Below the pieces are notes generated by a model, which had not been told where the DNA came from, made no database searches, and was given only the letters and a program-made list of their open reading frames with translations. Both the position numbers and the translations under genes were made by a program. 64,000 bases of DNA from a virus, in the IMG/VR virus record IMGVR_UViG_3300045988_115146. One strand, given 5' to 3'. Of the stretch, positions 10,145-18,418 are shown piece by piece; the stretch's first letter is position 1, and every line of letters starts with the position of its first letter.

Positions 10145-10979
10145 GGTAAAGAGAGAACCGTCAATCCATATATCCAAATCTTTATTCCGTAAATTATGGA
10201 ATGAGATTGGGGATAAAGTATCAGAAGAATTTGTGGATAAATTTTTTACAAGAGCCAGGCAATATTCTTTGGATCACAGATCTGTAGTAGGAGAGAATAA
10301 ACCAGTAAGAAAAAAGGCTATCAGTAGAACTTCAAGTAGTATAGGAGATGCTAATTTATTAGCCGATATTATATACTCTACTAGAATACAACTAAAACAT
10401 ATAGGAGTAACTAAAATAAAGCAAACAGATTTACAATGGGCATCAATAAAAGAGTTGGTACCTGTTGTAAATGAATTCTGTCAGAAGTATGGATTTGAAC
10501 CTCGTCAAGGTTATATTGAATTTGTAACTACTGGCCTTAAACTCATGGCTCAAGCCAAGAGAGTTAATTATAACTTCTGTGCTAATTGGTTACATCAAAG
10601 AGTTAATTGGATAATTGAGATATATGATTCTGAGATAGAAGTTAAAGAGGATAAATATCCAGAATATACTAGAGAGGTATATGAGAACTATACAAAGGAA
10701 ATCCTCGACAGAATAGGTATCAACAATACTTATGATAAGAATCCGCAAGAATATGTATGGTTTGTAAGAGCAAGAAAACTTGCAGATGAGATAGGGGTTG
10801 ACTATGAAACTTTTGTTCAGGCTCAATTCTATGCTCTTGAATTCTGTAATGGTATACCTAAGATAGAAGATTTATCAAATGATAAGGCTCGTCAAAGAGT
10901 AATCAATTATATGGCTAAATTTAATATTGTATCCCGACCCAAATCAGAACATGTGGATTGGGATGCCTTTAAAAGATAG
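10137..10979 (+). CDS. Hypothetical protein
   Basis: 280-aa co-directional ORF, 8-nt overlap with upstream gene. No motif recognised. Confidence 0.5.
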   Translation: MNKVKREPSIHISKSLFRKLWNEIGDKVSEEFVDKFFTRARQYSLDHRSVVGENKPVRKKAISRTSSSIGDANLLADIIYSTRIQLKHIGVTKIKQTDLQWASIKELVPVVNEFCQKYGFEPRQGYIEFVTTGLKLMAQAKRVNYNFCANWLHQRVNWIIEIYDSEIEVKEDKYPEYTREVYENYTKEILDRIGINNTYDKNPQEYVWFVRARKLADEIGVDYETFVQAQFYALEFCNGIPKIEDLSNDKARQRVINYMAKFNIVSRPKSEHVDWDAFKR

Positions 10980-10982
10980 GAT

Positions 10983-11102
10983 ATGAAAAGATATGATCCA
11001 ATGGTAGAAGCAGCTAAACCCTTATTAGTGTTATATACTGTAGCTATAATAATTGGTTTGATATTGGGTATTATTTGTTGGATATTTGATATAAGAATAT
11101 GA
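10983..11102 (+). CDS. Small (39 aa) hydrophobic protein
   Basis: MKRYDPMVEAAKPLLVLYTVAIIIGLILGIICWIFDIRI. Below ORF-track cutoff. ATGA overlap with helicase start fills an otherwise empty gap. Confidence 0.35.
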   Translation: MKRYDPMVEAAKPLLVLYTVAIIIGLILGIICWIFDIRI

Positions 11103-12529
11103 TAACTATAACTATCAAGAACTGTAATGTTTGTGAGATTTCTGGCCCAGCTAAATTCACAAATAAATTATATGAGGCTTTCAGGATCAAGCATCCTGAT
11201 GCCTGGCATATATTGATGTATAGCAGGGCAAAGAATTGGGATGGGTATGTAAAATATATCTCAGATTATGGTCAATTCAAGATAGGCCTACTGAATAAGG
11301 TTTATAATGAATGCTGTAAAATGGGACAAAAAGTAAAAATTATAGATAATAGACCCCCGTTAGGAATTAAACCAGTAATTCCAGATGTACTGGGAGATAA
11401 AAATCTACGGGAAGTACAAAAAGAAGCTCTAGAAAAGATACTAAATAATCGTGTAGGGGATACTCCTTTCCTGATTTGTGCATCAGACCTGGCTGTAAAT
11501 TTTGGTAAGACCCTTATATTTTGTGGGTTACATCAAGCCTTCAATAGGAAATTGAAAACTGTGTTGTTATTAAACAGTGCAGATTTGTTTAAGCAATTCA
11601 AAAAGGAGATTCCAGAGTTGTTACCAGGTGAAAAGATTGCATTTATCCAAGGTAGTAAATGTAATGATTGGGGTAACTTCAATGTGTGCATGGTACAGTC
11701 ATTATCGTCTAACATAAAACGGTACCAAAGATTCCTATCAGAAATTGATATGGTATTAATAGATGAGGCTGATGTCATAGATAACAAAACCTATAAAACC
11801 GTAATACAGCACTTATACAACTCTAGAATACGAATTGGATTGAGTGGTACAATTTACATGAGTGACCAGAAGAAGAAATTGATACATAACCTAAATATCA
11901 TGTCTTTCATTGGTGATAAAGTTAACCAAGTAAAACTGGTTGATATGATAGAGAAAGGATATTCTACTCCCATCACCTGTAAACTGGTATATGCTCCCTT
12001 TAAGTATTCTAAAGAAGTTGACTATCCAACAGAATACAAAGAAGTGATATGTGATAACAAAGAAGCTTGGAAGTTTTCTCTTGATCGTACAAGATACAAT
12101 CTGAAGAGAAAAAGATTGCCAGCTCTTATTGTATGTAAGTTCATTGACCATTGTGAAAATCTTTACAAGTATTACGTTAAACATCTTGGAAATGATTACA
12201 GTATACAATATGTACATCATAAGACAAAAGGGCGTGATAAAATTCTACAAGATTTCAGGGAAGGGAGAATTGATGTGCTAATTGCTACTACAATCATTTC
12301 TAGAGGTCAAAATTTCCCTGAATTGAAATATCTTCAGAATACTGCATCAATGGATTCTAATGAAAAATCGATACAGATATTGGGACGTCTTGCAAGAACT
12401 CACATGAATAAGAAGAAGGCATATCTTGATGACCTTCAATTCCCTGGTCATTACCTTAAGAGGCATGGCAATCATAGAAAAACGTATTATCAGAAAGAAA
12501 ATTTAAAGGTAATCAAGGTGGAGGGATAA
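11099..12529 (+). CDS. Superfamily II DNA helicase (DEAD/DEAH-type, UvsW/RecG-like role)
   Basis: Motif I NFGKTLI, motif II LIDEADVID, motif III LSGT, motif VI QILGRLAR. Confidence 0.75.
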   Translation: MITITIKNCNVCEISGPAKFTNKLYEAFRIKHPDAWHILMYSRAKNWDGYVKYISDYGQFKIGLLNKVYNECCKMGQKVKIIDNRPPLGIKPVIPDVLGDKNLREVQKEALEKILNNRVGDTPFLICASDLAVNFGKTLIFCGLHQAFNRKLKTVLLLNSADLFKQFKKEIPELLPGEKIAFIQGSKCNDWGNFNVCMVQSLSSNIKRYQRFLSEIDMVLIDEADVIDNKTYKTVIQHLYNSRIRIGLSGTIYMSDQKKKLIHNLNIMSFIGDKVNQVKLVDMIEKGYSTPITCKLVYAPFKYSKEVDYPTEYKEVICDNKEAWKFSLDRTRYNLKRKRLPALIVCKFIDHCENLYKYYVKHLGNDYSIQYVHHKTKGRDKILQDFREGRIDVLIATTIISRGQNFPELKYLQNTASMDSNEKSIQILGRLARTHMNKKKAYLDDLQFPGHYLKRHGNHRKTYYQKENLKVIKVEG

Positions 12530-12694
12530 TACGCACGCGTATGCGTATATACTTACCTGTATATCTCTATTAGTATTTTAGTATACTAAAATACTAATAG
12601 AGGTTTATATAGCTAAAGCTATATAAACTTATACTTTCTATACTTACTTTAGTAAGTCTTTAAGCTAAAGCTTAATAATGCGCACGCACGCATA
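12529..12694. repeat. Composite element copy 1: alternating Pu-Py tract + four perfect hairpins + second Pu-Py tract
   Basis: 24-nt perfect alternating purine-pyrimidine run 12529-12552. 34-nt palindrome 12567-12600. Palindrome GTTTATATAGCT-AA-AGCTATATAAAC 12603-12628. ACTTACT/AGTAAGT and TTAAGCT/AGCTTAA hairpins. 17-nt Pu-Py run 12678-12694. About 80 bp repeated at 54035. Confidence 0.9.
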
Positions 12695-12786
12695 AGGGAT
12701 TGCCTGAAAGTTAGTGCATATACTATTCTACATCAATGAAACAGAAAAACCTATTAACTATTGAATGATATCAAACACTCGAATAT

Positions 12787-13188
12787 ATGGCTAAGAAAAA
12801 GAAAGACAAACTTAAAGATGCCAGGGAAGAATTAGAATCAGGTGATATCCTTGAACCAATGGATATTTCTAAGTTGGGAACAAACGGAGATGTATGCTTT
12901 GGTAAGCATTATGATCTTTCAACCAAGGAATGCAAGATGTGCGGGGATTCCGAATTATGTTGTATCAAGTTCACAGATCTAATGGGTAAGACCAGAAAGG
13001 AATTAGAAGCTGATACCCAATACAAGGATTTGGAACCTTTGATTGATATGGCAGGTTGCAAGAAGTATTACCGTAAATTGGTAAGGGATAAACTTGGTAA
13101 GAGAGAAATACTTGATAAGCTTCAGAGTAGGTTTGAATTATCACGTAAAGAAGCAAGAGACTTATACCGTAAATTTAACAGTAAATAA
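12787..13188 (+). CDS. Lys-rich small protein with Cys cluster
   Basis: MAKKKKDKLKD N-terminus, CFGKH..CKMCGDSELCC cluster. No family recognised. Confidence 0.5.
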   Translation: MAKKKKDKLKDAREELESGDILEPMDISKLGTNGDVCFGKHYDLSTKECKMCGDSELCCIKFTDLMGKTRKELEADTQYKDLEPLIDMAGCKKYYRKLVRDKLGKREILDKLQSRFELSRKEARDLYRKFNSK

Positions 13189-13189
13189 C

Positions 13190-13765
13190 ATGATTCAATT
13201 AGAGTTCACAAAGATTCGGGAGGTTAAATCCCCCAACCGAGCAAACGAAGGGGATGCAGGTTTAGATTTCTATATCCCTAAGTTATCAGAAAAGGATATA
13301 CTAAGGGTGGGGGAAAAAGATTTACGTGATATGGTTGGTATCAACCGTAAGATGTATAGTAAAGGTTATATCAAGTTCAATGGTATGGGAACTGATGATC
13401 TTTATGTAATCGTTAAACCTCATGGAAGGTTGCTTATTCCATCAGGTATAAAGGTACTGATCAATCCCAAAGAGTCTATGCTAATGGCAGCAAACAAATC
13501 TGGGGTTGCTACTAAAGATGGGTTGACATTCACTGCAGAGATTGTGGATAGTCCATATACTGGTGAAATGCACATAGGTATACAAAATAATTCACCTGAA
13601 GAAGTATGGATACCTCTTCAACAGGATAAGAAGATAATGCAGTTCATACATGTTCCAATCCTACTTTCAAATCCCATAGAGATACCTAATGAGGAGTATG
13701 AAGAGAAAGCAAAGGACTGGGGAACAAGAGGAGACAAAGGATTTGGTGCACACGATAACAAATAA
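13190..13765 (+). CDS. dut: dUTP diphosphatase (trimeric dUTPase)
   Basis: AGLDFYIP, IVDSPYTGEMHIGIQN and C-terminal RGDKGFGAHD match dUTPase motifs. Start moved to the ATG at 13190, just after the upstream stop. Confidence 0.85.
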   Translation: MIQLEFTKIREVKSPNRANEGDAGLDFYIPKLSEKDILRVGEKDLRDMVGINRKMYSKGYIKFNGMGTDDLYVIVKPHGRLLIPSGIKVLINPKESMLMAANKSGVATKDGLTFTAEIVDSPYTGEMHIGIQNNSPEEVWIPLQQDKKIMQFIHVPILLSNPIEIPNEEYEEKAKDWGTRGDKGFGAHDNK

Positions 13766-13769
13766 GAAG

Positions 13770-14681
13770 ATGGACTCGAGGGACATAATTCAGGAACCTG
13801 GTATCATACCCGGTGATAAGTATTTGGAAGAGATATACTCTATGCAAAAAGAACTGTTATCTGGTTATATAGGCATAGAGGGATTACCACAATACCCAAT
13901 AGACATAAATACTAAGGCATCACAATCCTTGTTGAAGGATTTCACTGCTAGAGTGGTAGAGGAATTATCAGAGGGATATGAATCATTCCAAGCTATCAGT
14001 GAAAGTATGAGTAAAAATCATTGGAAGTTAGCTAATGGTAATTGTGAAGACTCAATCTACATTGAATTGTTAAACAATCTTCAAAATGCCAATGAAGAGA
14101 ATGCAGATGCAATACACTTCTTTGTAGAGTTGCTAATATATGCAAATGTAGGTCCAGATGACATTATGTCATATATGGAGAAGTATGCTAAGGATAATCA
14201 CTTCAATAAGATTGAAATTGATAGTTTCAATGAAATGAGAGGTGATGTATTATATACTGCTCAGAATATGGGAGTGAAATGGTTGATGGATGAGGGTAAT
14301 ATTGATGTTACACTTAATCATCAAAAGATAGATCTCTTAAAGTGGTATGAGAATAAAGATAGTGGATCTTTACCTGAATACAACATAAACTTATTAGTTG
14401 GTGGTAGGATGTATAACTATGAGGACTATGAAATTCAATATCCATACATACTGTGGAAGATAACCCATCACCTTAACATTGCTCGTAACTTTTTGAAGAA
14501 TAAGCCTTGGAAGCAATCTCAGGTAATGACTCAAGAGTTAAAGTACCAGGCTGAATTAGTGAAGGCATTCATATATTTCTGTGGATACCTTGGATGGATA
14601 GGTATGGATTCAAAGGAAGTATTCTACATCTACTTCAAAAAGAATCACATTAATATGTTCCGTCAAAAGTCGAAGTATTAA
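13770..14681 (+). CDS. All-alpha NTP pyrophosphohydrolase (MazG / dimeric dUTPase-like), tentative
   Basis: Acidic helix motifs ARVVEELSEGYESF and NANEENADAIHFFVELL plus KPWKQSQ resemble the E..E / E..D metal-binding helices of MazG/dUTPase_2 proteins. Start set at the ATG at 13770. Confidence 0.45.
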   Translation: MDSRDIIQEPGIIPGDKYLEEIYSMQKELLSGYIGIEGLPQYPIDINTKASQSLLKDFTARVVEELSEGYESFQAISESMSKNHWKLANGNCEDSIYIELLNNLQNANEENADAIHFFVELLIYANVGPDDIMSYMEKYAKDNHFNKIEIDSFNEMRGDVLYTAQNMGVKWLMDEGNIDVTLNHQKIDLLKWYENKDSGSLPEYNINLLVGGRMYNYEDYEIQYPYILWKITHHLNIARNFLKNKPWKQSQVMTQELKYQAELVKAFIYFCGYLGWIGMDSKEVFYIYFKKNHINMFRQKSKY

Positions 14682-14682
14682 T

Positions 14683-15672
14683 ATGAACATAGTAAAGAGC
14701 AATAGGCCAGTAGATGCTTGGGAGCAAATACTTGAAAATTTTTTGGTTAAGAAACCAGAATGGTTTAGTGAAGGGATAGGGTATAACTTAACCGATTCAT
14801 TATTCACTTATGATCTGGTAGTAGAGATATCAGAAGCTAAGTTTGATCCAGAATTTGATTTTGGTAAGTTATTTGGATATACAGCTACTAAGTGGACTGG
14901 ATTAATAACTAATTACCTTGATCTTGATATTCTTGATCAGGCAAAGTTAATGATAAGGAAGTTAGAGGAGAATAAGGCAGTAAATAGGAATTATCACATC
15001 GGTTTCCATTTTGCTGACAATCATGGCAGTGGAAAAGGATGCTTGGTTGGAGGTATATTCTCCCGTAAGATTGGGGTTGATAATCCTGAGGTAACAGTAA
15101 TCATACGTTCATCCGAAGTAGTTACAAGGTTGCCAATAGACATGTTGCTGTTCTGTCGTATGGGACAGTACATTTATGGTCATGATAATTTTTCATTGAA
15201 GTTAGTTATCAAGGCTGCTTGGGCAAATGATACTACCATACTTCTATATCAGAATATAAAGGACTTAAAAGAGTTCTTGAAAGAAAACTGTAATGATGAG
15301 GCTCGTAGGAAAAAGATACGTAAGTCACTGAAAAAATTAATGACAAGTGATGAGGCTAGTTATAAAACCTATGGCAACAGTTTTAGAGCTTTCAAAGTAC
15401 TTAGGAAAGATTTAGGATATAAGCAAAAATCAATGTTGGCCTCTGACTTAGAAATTGGAGATTGGGATGGAATTCCATTACCAGAGGTATGTCCATCAAT
15501 TCTAAAGCGTAACATGATAAAGAAGACATATCTTAAGTTCACAGAGAAGTATGGCCTTAAACTAAAGTTGGAAGAGAATACAGAGAAGAAAAAGAAAAAG
15601 TTGATATCATTCTCTTCACCTGATGAAGATGATATGGATGATAACGAACCAATAGCTGAGGCTAATGAGTAA
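14683..15672 (+). CDS. Thymidylate-synthase-fold protein, divergent paralog A (candidate pyrimidine C5 hydroxymethylase)
   Basis: By-eye alignment to ThyA: FGYTATKW ~ YGxQWR, GKGCLVGG ~ catalytic PCH, IIRSSEVVTRLPIDMLL ~ YQRSCDVFLGLPFNIAS (Asp replaces Asn177). Paralogous to the next ORF (DPEFDFG.., KW..LI.NY.D). Confidence 0.4.
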   Translation: MNIVKSNRPVDAWEQILENFLVKKPEWFSEGIGYNLTDSLFTYDLVVEISEAKFDPEFDFGKLFGYTATKWTGLITNYLDLDILDQAKLMIRKLEENKAVNRNYHIGFHFADNHGSGKGCLVGGIFSRKIGVDNPEVTVIIRSSEVVTRLPIDMLLFCRMGQYIYGHDNFSLKLVIKAAWANDTTILLYQNIKDLKEFLKENCNDEARRKKIRKSLKKLMTSDEASYKTYGNSFRAFKVLRKDLGYKQKSMLASDLEIGDWDGIPLPEVCPSILKRNMIKKTYLKFTEKYGLKLKLEENTEKKKKKLISFSSPDEDDMDDNEPIAEANE

Positions 15673-16450
15673 GTTAAAAGTAAAGAATAACCTGTTAGTG
15701 TTCCGAAATAGCATGAAAGCTTGGGAGGGGCTTAACAGGTTATTCTTATTCAATATTCCCGGTTTGGATATTGAAAGAATTGGTAAAGCTCAATATATAA
15801 ATGATTTGGTTATTTATATTAAAGAACCTCTAGTAGACCCGGAATTTGATTTTGGAAGGCACTTTAATTATACATCTGCTAAATGGAAATCTTTGATAGC
15901 TAATTATATAGATGAGAATTCAATGATTGATCTGAGACAAGAAGTGGTGAGATCATTGAATTCAAGAAAGATTTTCAACATAGGGTATCAGTTTGATAAT
16001 AAGCATGCACATGGAAAGAATTGTTTATTATCATTGACAGTATCAAAGAAAGCTGGTATGGATTATCCCATGATAACGGTATTCATGAGGGCTTCTGAAG
16101 TAACTAAAAGACTAATATGTGATCTTTTATTAATACAAAGAATTGGTGAATACATATTCACTGGGGATAAATTCTGTATATCAATACACTTTAGTCAGAT
16201 ATTCAATGATGATACGGTATTATTGATGTACCATGCTCATGAGGATCTATTAAAGCTTAGTGATAGAATTGGTATATATGATAGTAATTGGTATGATAGG
16301 CTGAAGTATCTACTAAAAGTAGATCCCGATAAGATAAAGTATAAGGTACATAAAAGAGCATTGAAAGTACTTAGGCCAGAATTGTTTAAGTATCCTAAAA
16401 CTCTGGCCAAGGATTGTACACTGGGTAATGAAGACTGGCTACCTTTCTAA
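15665..16450 (+). CDS. Thymidylate-synthase-fold protein, divergent paralog B
   Basis: Shares DPEFDFGRHFNYTSAKWKSLIANYID, HGKNCLLS and MRASEVTKRLICDLLL with paralog A over full length. 8-nt overlap with paralog A. Confidence 0.4.
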   Translation: MSKLKVKNNLLVFRNSMKAWEGLNRLFLFNIPGLDIERIGKAQYINDLVIYIKEPLVDPEFDFGRHFNYTSAKWKSLIANYIDENSMIDLRQEVVRSLNSRKIFNIGYQFDNKHAHGKNCLLSLTVSKKAGMDYPMITVFMRASEVTKRLICDLLLIQRIGEYIFTGDKFCISIHFSQIFNDDTVLLMYHAHEDLLKLSDRIGIYDSNWYDRLKYLLKVDPDKIKYKVHKRALKVLRPELFKYPKTLAKDCTLGNEDWLPF

Positions 16451-16494
16451 GAAAGGGAAGTCTATTGAATTGCAAACATAAAAAAATTATAACC

Positions 16495-17265
16495 ATGAGA
16501 ATATATTCAAATCCCTACGAATTGATGTCTGAGACTGCCCGTAATATATGGGAGATGGGTACAGAGGTAAAACCAAAAACTTACCAAAACAAAGTAATAG
16601 AAGGCAAAGATGAGTTCATAACTAAAGAGCTTATTTGTGAACAATATTGCTTAACTCACATGGATGATCCATCTCCATTATTTGTATTTACCAAATCTAA
16701 AGATTGGGCAGATGCCGAATTTAAAGAGAGAATTAGTGGAGTAATGGAAAATCCAGGTAAAGCTTGGGAATTACGTAAAGATATCTGGGAAGAGTTCTTA
16801 GTAAATGGGTTCTTTGATTATACCTATGCTGAACGTATGAATGAGACAGTTTCATATAAAGGCAAGGCATTTTCTAAAATAGGAGCAATTATAGAGTTGT
16901 TAAAAACAGACAACGATACTAGAAAAGCCATACTAAATATATATGGTGAGGATGGTTTTAATGAGGATTGTGATTCAAACTATCTTGGTGGTGAACATAG
17001 AATACCATGTTCAATGTATTATGATTTCCTTATCCGGGAGAATGCCAGAGGAGAAAAGCAATTAAATATTTGCTATCACCAAAGATCATCCGATTTTGTA
17101 ACTCATTTCGGAAATGATGTATATTTGGCATGGAGACTGATGGAATATGTAGCTAGTGAAGTAGGAATTAAACCTGGATATTTATATCAAACTATTGATA
17201 GTTTGCATAGCTATAAAAAAGATTGGGTAAAGTTAAAGACATCAATCCAAACTGAATTGAGATAA
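16495..17265 (+). CDS. Thymidylate synthase family enzyme (ThyA / dUMP hydroxymethylase-like)
   Basis: TRKAILNIY (SRR..w block), RIPCSMYYDF (catalytic Cys), CYHQRSSDFVTHFGNDVYLAWRLMEY (QRSxD..G.pfN) and DSLHSY (D.H.Y). Lacks the canonical DRTGTGT N-terminal block. ATG 16495 preferred over TTG 16465. Confidence 0.7.
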   Translation: MRIYSNPYELMSETARNIWEMGTEVKPKTYQNKVIEGKDEFITKELICEQYCLTHMDDPSPLFVFTKSKDWADAEFKERISGVMENPGKAWELRKDIWEEFLVNGFFDYTYAERMNETVSYKGKAFSKIGAIIELLKTDNDTRKAILNIYGEDGFNEDCDSNYLGGEHRIPCSMYYDFLIRENARGEKQLNICYHQRSSDFVTHFGNDVYLAWRLMEYVASEVGIKPGYLYQTIDSLHSYKKDWVKLKTSIQTELR

Positions 17266-17269
17266 CCTC

Positions 17270-17344
17270 ATGGGTAATGGTATGTTTTGAATGGTGTCCT
17301 ATCTGAGAATTGAGATTAAAGCTAAATAAATTACCATTACCCAT
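17270..17344. repeat. 13-bp inverted repeat flanking a 49-nt loop, immediately upstream of the tRNA cluster
   Basis: ATGGGTAATGGTA (17270-17282) pairs with TACCATTACCCAT (17332-17344). Followed by CTTT. Confidence 0.7.
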
Positions 17345-17348
17345 CTTT

Positions 17349-17425
17349 GGGCCCATAGCTCAGTTGGTAAGAGCAGCGGACTCATAATCCGAAGGTCGGG
17401 GGTTCAAGCCCCTCTGGGCCCACCA
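17349..17425 (+). tRNA. tRNA-Met (or Ile2) anticodon CAT, CCA encoded
   Basis: Cloverleaf folded by hand: acceptor GGGCCCA/TGGGCCC, D arm GCTC..GAGC, anticodon loop CTCATAA, T arm GGGGG-TTCAAGC-CCCTC, ACCA end. G1-C72 argues for an elongator type. Confidence 0.85.
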
Positions 17426-17524
17426 AAGATTTTCTCTTATTTTCTTATTTTGTGCGTGGACAATACAAACAGTCCTGGTAAATTCGAAGGTACTAGACAG
17501 TAGTGATACAGGCTAGTACCAATT

Positions 17525-17599
17525 ACGGGAGTAGCACAGTCAGGTTAGTGTACTTGCTTTGGGAGCAAGTGGTCGCAGGTTCGAATCCTGTCTCCCGTA
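17525..17599 (+). tRNA. tRNA-Pro anticodon TGG
   Basis: Acceptor ACGGGAG/CTCCCGT, anticodon stem CTTGC/GCAAG with loop TTTGGGA, T arm GCAGG-TTCGAAT-CCTGT. Confidence 0.85.
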
Positions 17600-17612
17600 C
17601 ATATTAGTAAAG

Positions 17613-17695
17613 GCTCGGATGGAGAAATAGGTAAACTCATCAGATTTAAGCTCTGACGGTCATTGACCTTGCGGGTTCGACTCCCGCTCCGAGTA
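17613..17695 (+). tRNA. tRNA-Leu anticodon TAA (class II, long variable arm)
   Basis: Acceptor GCTCGGA/TCCGAGT, anticodon stem TCAGA/TCTGA with loop TTTAAGC, variable arm GGTC-ATT-GACC, T arm GCGGG-TTCGACT-CCCGC. Confidence 0.8.
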
Positions 17696-17719
17696 CATAG
17701 TATCAAATACTCTTGTCTT

Positions 17720-18418
17720 ATGAATGATGTTATAATTACCATGGCTGGAAAGGGTACAAGAACAAATAAAGAAGTACCCAAACAATTCTTAAAAGTATCA
17801 CAAGATAAATACCTATTTGAAATCTCATTAGATAAATTTATACGTACTGGATGCTATCGTAAGATAGTTCTTGTTGTGAATCCAGAGTATGTAGAGTGGG
17901 TAAAAAATAGAATATCTAATAACTATCCAGGTAAATTAGGCAGATTAATCACAGTAATACCAGGTGGTGATACTGCACAACACTCGAGAATCTTAGGATT
18001 TGAAAGCTTATTAACAGATGAGGAATCACTTTGGCCAAATACAGTTACTTTCCATGATGGTGTAAGAGTTGGTTTCGATGAAAATCTACTAACATTCATG
18101 ATTAATAATTGTAGGTTTAATAGCACTGCATATGTACCGTATATTCCAGCAACTGGTACATTAAGATTAGATTCTGATAAGGTAGTATATACTAAGGATA
18201 AGTACATGAGGCTTCAGACTCCCATGGTATTTCCATTTTACCAATTCTATGGATGTTATAATAAGGCAAAAGATAAGGGTATAGAATACCAAACAGCTTC
18301 TGATTTGTATGAAGACAACAGTGGTTTAGTGAACTATGTAATGGGTAATAGATTGAACTTCAAGGTAACTTTCGCAGAAGATATTGATGTAGTAAGATTA
18401 TTATACAATCATGAATAA
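17720..18418 (+). CDS. IspD/TarI-family cytidylyltransferase (CDP-alcohol forming nucleotidyltransferase)
   Basis: N-terminal [23 protein letters not shown] matches the AGxGxR...PKQ(F/Y)L signature. IVLVVNP and [10 protein letters not shown] blocks. Start set to the ATG after tRNA-Leu. Confidence 0.7.
   Translation: MNDVIITMAGKGTRTNKEVPKQFLKVSQDKYLFEISLDKFIRTGCYRKIVLVVNPEYVEWVKNRISNNYPGKLGRLITVIPGGDTAQHSRILGFESLLTDEESLWPNTVTFHDGVRVGFDENLLTFMINNCRFNSTAYVPYIPATGTLRLDSDKVVYTKDKYMRLQTPMVFPFYQFYGCYNKAKDKGIEYQTASDLYEDNSGLVNYVMGNRLNFKVTFAEDIDVVRLLYNHE

Noticed and set aside
17426-17524. A fourth tRNA in the spacer between tRNA-Met and tRNA-Pro (contains a TTCGAA T-loop-like string)
   Set aside because: I could not fold an acceptor stem or anticodon arm around it. 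Only an 8-bp hairpin is present.
17349-17695. tRNA cluster as a prophage attachment site or integration module
   Set aside because: No integrase, excisionase or repressor-like gene is recognisable anywhere in the window. The tRNAs sit inside an operon of phage metabolic genes.
17545-17781. 78-aa minus-strand ORF
   Set aside because: It lies antisense across tRNA-Pro and tRNA-Leu and the start of the IspD-like gene, so it is an artefact.
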